Shown here: piece after piece, positions 57,416 to 64,000 of the stretch | Layout of the letters: every line of letters starts with the position of its first letter | Numbering within the stretch: the stretch's first letter is position 1 | From: the human T2T-CHM13v2.0 reference genome, Homo sapiens | Direction: 5' to 3' | Assembly (NCBI GenBank): GCA_009914755.4 | Contig: CP068257.2 | Coordinates: forward strand, 26,272,001 to 26,336,000 | Length of the DNA stretch: 64,000 bases | Made by a program: the position numbers and the translations under genes | The notes under the pieces: generated by a model | Told to the model about the DNA's origin: nothing | The model's database searches: none | The model's input: the letters and a program-made list of their open reading frames with translations, nothing else

Positions 57416-58005
57416 AGATGGCCAGAGTTTTGCTTAAACATCTTTCTATTGCAGTCAGAACTATTCCTTCATAGAGAAACTAATGTGTATATTTTTAATA
57501 ACAGGTTTATATTATTGAAATGACTGTCACACATGCTGACCCAGAGGCTGTGAGGACAATAGCAGTCCTACAGTTGTACAGAATTTAAAAAGGAATGAAA
57601 TATTTTATATCAAATATGAACTTGGTTGTACTTGTTGCAATAGATGAACTTAATTTAAAGCCAAAAGCATATTTCAATTCCCTTATTTCCTAACACAAAG
57701 TAAAAGAGGCAGATGGATACTGTCATATAAGAACAAGTTTGACCAAAATGGTCTTAACTGAAGGTTAATGATAATAAATTAAATTAAATGTAAACAACCA
57801 AATGAAACTGAATGTTCTGCCAGAAGCAGCAAAAATATATCTCAGAGTAATAAACCATAACATCTTCAGGAAAGTTCCCAGGGAAACAGTCTTAATTCTC
57901 TCAGCAGGTACTACCTATATTAAAGGGTTTTTTTCTAGCATGAAGTTTATAATTTGTAACTGCTAATGAATCAGATTATATTTGCCAGGTTCATCCAGTA
58001 AATTA

Positions 58006-58034
58006 CTGTTGTTGTTGCTGTTGCTGTTCTTGTT
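58006..58034. repeat. (TGY)n-like trinucleotide-rich tract
   Basis: ctgttgttgttgctgttgctgttcttgtt. Confidence 0.6.
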
Positions 58035-58150
58035 ATTTTATGAACACAGCATTGGAGAGAGAAGTTAGAAAATGGGTGCTTATGACCAAAACACATTTTA
58101 AGGTCAGTTCACTTCAAGACAGCAAAATGGATTCAAGATCTTCTTTAAAA

Positions 58151-58554
58151 TGAGGAATTGTTTTAGTCTGCTTTGCTGTTGCTATAGCAGGATACCTGAG
58201 ACTGGGTAGTTTAAAAAGAAGAGAAATTTATTTCTTAGAGTTCTAAAAAAAAAAGTCGAAGTTCCAGGGGCTCATATCTGGTGAGGGCCTTCTTGCGCAT
58301 CATCCCACGGAAGAAGGCAGAAGGGAAAGAAAGGATGTAAGAGTGAAAATGCACAAGAGGGCCAAGCTTGCTTTCATAACAAGCCCACTCTTGCAATAAT
58401 TAACCCATTCCTGTGAGACCAACACTAATCCATTGATGAGGTCTCTGCCGTCATGACCTAATCACTTCCTACTAGACCCTACTTTCCAACCCTGTTGCAT
58501 TAGGGGTTAAGTTTCTAACACATGAATTATGGGAGAGACATTCAAACCATAGCA
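58151..58554 (-). mobile_element. MLT1-type (ERVL-MaLR) solo LTR, antisense
   Basis: ttttagtctgctttgctgttgctatagcaggatacctgagactgggtagtttaaaaagaagagaaatttatttcttagagttc ... ggtgagggccttcttgcgcatcatcccacggaagaagg ... tcatgacctaatcacttcctactagaccctactttccaaccctgttgcattaggggttaagtttctaacacatgaattatgggagagacattcaaaccatagca is the reverse complement of an MLT1-like LTR (tgctatggtttg ... ctaaaa). Confidence 0.65.
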
Positions 58555-60372
58555 GGAATCTCTTTTTCTAATTATTGCTAATTTTCAAAAGTGAGGGCTA
58601 TCTACCTTCTCTACAAACAGGAATTACAGACTTTAGACTGAACACAGTGTCACAATGTGGTAATGATCAAATGCTGTTCATATTAAAATCACTTGAGAGA
58701 AACGTTAAATATACAGATTCCTGAGCATCAGTCCAGGTTCAGCCAGATACTGAATCAGAATCTGCTGTGTTGGGGCTCAGGAATCATTAATTTGTAGAGC
58801 CACATTTGGAAGCTACTGCCTTGAAAGACATAGAAAGGAGGGACTTATCTCTTACTTTTCCTCAGGATCTTTTCTGAATTTGCAGATATTTGGGCTAGGA
58901 CAAACATCACATATCTTCAAGGGAGAATTGTAGTATAAACATCAGGAACAGGTGCCTACACAAGATTGTCCCCTCCTGCCTAAATTTACTTGATGCTACT
59001 TGTAATCCAGATGCTTATGCAAAGATGCTTGTGGGTTTAGGAACCATTTGCAGAGAACAAAGAGAAAGAACTAATATATAGAGAATACATTATGCATCAG
59101 ATACTTATTACTTTTATGTACCTTATATAAGTAAAACCTCCATCACACATACTGGAATGCGTCATTAGTATTATTCACATTGTACAAATGAGGATTGCAA
59201 CAGAGAGAAGAATGAGACATTCAAACTAGGCCATGAGGCATGCAAATGGCACAGCTGGGATTCAAACTTAGCTCCAACTCTTCCAAAAATAGCAGGAGAG
59301 TCAGAATCTGTTTCATTTCTTTTACCTTTCAATATCTACAATATGAATATACTGGTCAAATATAATGAAACTTCATTTATTAGATACAGTTGGGGGAGAG
59401 ACAGGCATATCTTTTCTAATACATTGGGAAATCTGAAATATGTGATCACCAGAATAAGGGATCTGCATGATACCACAGTCTCCATCTGATGTAGTTTAAT
59501 TTTAGGAAATGTATGATCGATGTGTCAATGTTCTGATTCTCTCTTATTATGAATTTATCATAGTATTAATAGTTGAATCATTAAAATCCTAAGCCTTGAT
59601 TTAGCATCTTGTATTAATTAATTGCTTTTAGCTTATTTCAAGAAAGCAAAGTGCTTCATTTATTGAAGAAAATCTACAAAACAGTTATTTTTTAAAATTG
59701 AAGATTGCAAAATTGTTAAATATATAATATAGTTGTTGCCTTTATTTGCTTCTTCCATAAATGTAATTTTTATGAGATGTTTCATAAAAATATTCTGGAA
59801 TTCAAAGCAAAGCACTATACGTAAAGTTACAAGCAAGTGGAAGGCAAGATGTTTCAACAGTTTTGTACTCAGCCATTTATGACCAACTCCAACGGTCACT
59901 GCAATCCTGACATTTCAGAGAAAACGAAAATGTTTCTGTCCATACTGGCCCTTTACTTTTTCTAGTCATTTATTCAGCAACATCTGTTTGCTGCTGTTAA
60001 TTAAACATTGAACAAGTAGCTATTGGCTTACTTGGAAAAAGCCTGGAGGTCAACTTTACACACTGGACTTCTATAAATTCTGTGAAAAGAAAAATCAGAT
60101 CTCATTTATTTCAAGCTCAATTTCATCAATCACAGGGTCTGGCATGAAACTAAGGCTCTTCTAACACTCGGTAAATAAATGAGCAAGTGTGCTGGTGGGT
60201 CCTTCTGTGAATGGTATTTTTTTTCTATTCATTCTATATATTCCACTCTTCACGATTCCCAAACAAGAGACGTTACTTCTCCCTTTTGAATGAGTCAATG
60301 CAATGAGATATCACTTCATAAAATAACCTTGAAGACAAATTTAAGTGCTCTTTCTTTTAAAATGTAGATATC

Positions 60373-60889
<517 letters not shown>

Positions 60890-61408
60890 CTACAGACAGA
60901 ACACCTGGCTTTGTGGAAAGTTAGAAGGCCACACAATGCCTCAGAAAATGCATAAAATAAACTAAAACTAAGCACTAAATTCAATACTAAAACCCCTTCA
61001 TCTGGGACTCAATTAAGTTACCATTCGATTAGCATGCAACTATAATAACATATGCCTAAACTTTCCAAAAACCCACAATCTTGAAAGAAAGTGGTCCCAT
61101 GACATGCAGGTATCTGAGTTAGCAGTTCTGCTTCAATGAAGAGAAAGCAAAAAGGAAAAGGGAGCTATCATCTATTGAGCACTTAATACATTCCAGGTGC
61201 TATGAAAGGTACTTTATTTAGGTCATCTCCCTCCCTTTAAACATGAAGGAACAAATGGCAAGGTAAGAACAAATAATATTATAGGTTTCAATAAACAATA
61301 TCAATATTTTATTCATAATTATTACCTGTCTCTGGCATTCCCTATCCACCAGTCTAGAAAAATATGTGACAAAAATGAAACAAAAGAATAAAATACATTT
61401 TTTTCTAA

Positions 61409-61781
<373 letters not shown>

Positions 61782-63085
61782 AAAAGGTAGATTTCTTTTG
61801 AAAGTCTAACTGCCATCTCTTATACTCATGTTGAAATAAATTAGGAAGAACATATTAATTCTCACTTGTGTTGTCCCCTGTTTTTGCATAAAAAATAATA
61901 TTGTCTCGTGTTCTCTCAATTTCATACTTGAAAATCAGAGGGCACAGATATGAGGATACATACTGATGCTAGTCCAACTATGCTGAATACCCATATCAAA
62001 CTTGTATACCTTATATAATTTTACCCTATTAAAACATGATCATTGACCTTGGACAAGCTACTTAACAGCTCCAAGTTGAAATTTTCTCATCCGTGATATG
62101 GGTCTTTCTGTAATATGTACTTATAGAGTTGTTGAAGATATTAAATTACATAATACATGTTAATTATTTAGCACATGGTAAATACTAATGAATATAGGCT
62201 ATTTATCCTAGTTTGTACAATACCTACCCAAATGGTGAGATCTGGGAAAGAAATTTAACGGTGGTCACAGCTTACCAAAGGGATTTTCTATCCTACCAAG
62301 CTGACAAGCTCCTATCCTATACTTGCTGAGAGATGTCTGATTACTGACGGTGCACAGTTTAGGCCTAAGGAATAACTCTCGGTATATACACAAACACATC
62401 CATATGCAGCTCCATTAGAAAATATATCATTAAAATATCGGTACTTTGATTGTTTTTCCAACTAAAATATAATATTAAGTATATTTATTAACATATTTAA
62501 GTACAACATATAATAAAAATAACATGAATAATGACATAAACCTATTAAAAGATAATTAATTATTTAGGCTACTGATTTGTATACCCCCATCAATTTATAG
62601 GAACTAAACATATACAAGAAGATATTATCCTTTGGGGCATGTCTAGATTTCAAAATGAGTCTAAAGATCTCTTTTAATGTTTTTCCTGAGGAAATAAAGC
62701 ATTTTATTTTAATAAAATATTTATAAAACTGGCTGGATTATTATACATCAGGGAAGACAAGTTAGTCTTAGCTTGAATATCAATGGTGATTAATTAGCAA
62801 TGGATATGTGCTCCCCAGAGTGCCATACCATAAGGAAGTGTCTGGAACAAACCCAGATAAGGTGGGAGGTCTGAGAGCTGTATATTTGCTATACTGGCTT
62901 TTGTTTTAATTTTAAATATATATTGTCAGTCCATAGAAGCTCTAGATGAAACAAAAACGAAGTTTCCCATTTTAAATAAATACTTAAGAAAATTTAAAAA
63001 GTCGAACTAAAGGGGAAACTTTGACATAAAATTTTATGAAAATATATATTTCTTTTTTGAGGACTGTATCATTTTGGTGCACACT

Positions 63086-63928
63086 TTTTTTTTTTTTTTT
63101 TAAGATCCAGGGTACATGTGCAGGATGTGCAGGTTTGTTACATAGGTAAACGTCTGCCATGGTGATTTGCTGCACCTATCAACCTATCACCTAAGTATTA
63201 AGCCCAACATGCATTAGTTATTTTTCCTGGTGCTCTCCAATCCCCCACCGCCACCTGCCTCTAGGCCCCATTGTGTGTTGTTCCCCTCCCTGTGTCCTTG
63301 CGTTCACATTGTTCAGCTCCACTTGTAATTGAGAACATGTGATATTTGATTTTCTGTTCCTGTGTTAGTTTGTTGAGGATAATGGCTTCCAGCTCCATCC
63401 ATGTCCTTGTAAAGGAGATTATCTCATTCCTTTTTAGGGCTGCATAGTATTCCATGGTGTATATGTACCACATTTTCTTTATCCAGTCTGTCATTGATGG
63501 GCATTTCATTTAAGTCCATGTCTTTGCTATTGTGAATAGTGCTGCAATGAACATATGTGTGCATTCATCTTTATAATAGAAATGATTTATATTCCTTTGG
63601 ATATATACCCACTAATGGGATTGCTGGGTCAAATGGTATTTCTGGTTCTAGGTCTTTGAGGAATCACCACACTGTCTTCCACAATGGTTGAACTAATTTA
63701 CTTTCCCACCAACAGTATAAAATTTTTTGTATCTCTCTGCAGCTCCGCCAGCATCTGTTGTTTCATAACTTTTTAACAGTCGTCATTCTGACTGGTGTGA
63801 GATGGTATCTCACTGTGGTTCTGATTTGTACTTCTCTAATGATCAGTGATGTTGAGGGGTTTTTTTACATGTTTGTTGGCCACATAAATGTCTTCTTTTG
63901 AGGCATGTCTGTTTATGTCCTTTGCCCA
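63086..63928 (-). mobile_element. L1PA-type L1 3' end, antisense, 16-nt poly-T, interrupted at right by an Alu
   Basis: ttttttttttttttttaagatccagggtacatgtgcaggatgtgcaggtttgttacataggtaaacgtctgccatggtgatttgctgcacctatcaacctatcacctaagtattaagcccaacatgcattag ... cttgtaattgagaacatgtgatatttgattttctgttcctgtgttagtttgttgaggataatggcttccagctccatccatgtccttgtaaaggag ... tgtctgtttatgtcctttgcccaa. Confidence 0.9.
63261..63509 (-). pseudogene. Decayed L1 ORF2p C-terminal fragment
   Basis: MKCPSMTDWIKKMWYIYTMEYYAALKRNEIISFTRTWMELEAIILNKLTQEQKIKYHMFSI matches the L1 ORF2p C-terminus (MDWIKKMWHIYTMEYYAAIKNDEFMSFVGTWMKLETIILSKLSQ...). Confidence 0.8.
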
Positions 63929-64000
63929 ATTTTTTTTTTTTTGAGACAGAGTCTCACTCTGTTGCCCAGGCTGGAGTGCAGTGGCGCCACCTCAGCTCAC
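63929..64000 (-). mobile_element. Alu SINE start (antisense), cut by window end
   Basis: tttttttttttttgagacagagtctcactctgttgcccaggctggagtgcagtggcgccacctcagctcac. Confidence 0.85.

Overview
This window reads as primate, most likely human or great-ape, nuclear DNA from a gene-poor, AT-rich intergenic or intronic region. It is not prokaryotic sequence, so the CRISPR, operon and promoter/terminator framing does not apply. By eye, roughly 45% of the window is recognisable interspersed repeat. That comprises about 25 Alu-derived pieces, many near-consensus AluY with intact target-site duplications (TSDs) and poly-A tails. It also includes at least eight L1 fragments, of both young L1PA/L1PB type and old L1M type, and five or six LTR elements. 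The LTR elements are a THE1-type MaLR provirus, two MaLR/MLT1-type LTRs, an ERVL-like LTR and a solo LTR12 (HERV9 LTR). There are also several microsatellites. The repeats are heavily nested: THE1 sits inside L1M, LTR12 and several Alus sit inside L1PA, and Alus sit inside L1 inverted segments. None of the supplied six-frame ORFs looks like a real gene. Almost all are translations of Alu sequence (poly-K and [12 protein letters not shown] peptides), of decayed L1 ORF2, or of THE1 internal sequence. I found no rRNA, tRNA, CRISPR array or credible protein-coding exon. Ten things seemed worth a second look. They are a 23-bp near-perfect inverted repeat pair flanking about 200 bp at 16531-16782, next to a right-arm-only Alu and an L1 truncation point. 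The second is an unclassified GC-richer 1.4-kb block at 16546-17950. A candidate minus-strand retroposed 3' end, with AATAAA then poly-A, lies at 39427-39480 and is split by a later AluY. Two L1 insertions show the twin-priming 5'-inversion structure. A rearranged THE1 element carries an internal 88-bp duplication. A 1-kb solo LTR12 is a potential regulatory element. A 210-bp tandem duplication and a 200-bp dispersed direct-repeat pair are present. The last is a set of very young AluY insertions that could be presence/absence polymorphisms. All family calls are from memory of consensus sequences and should be confirmed with RepeatMasker or BLAT.
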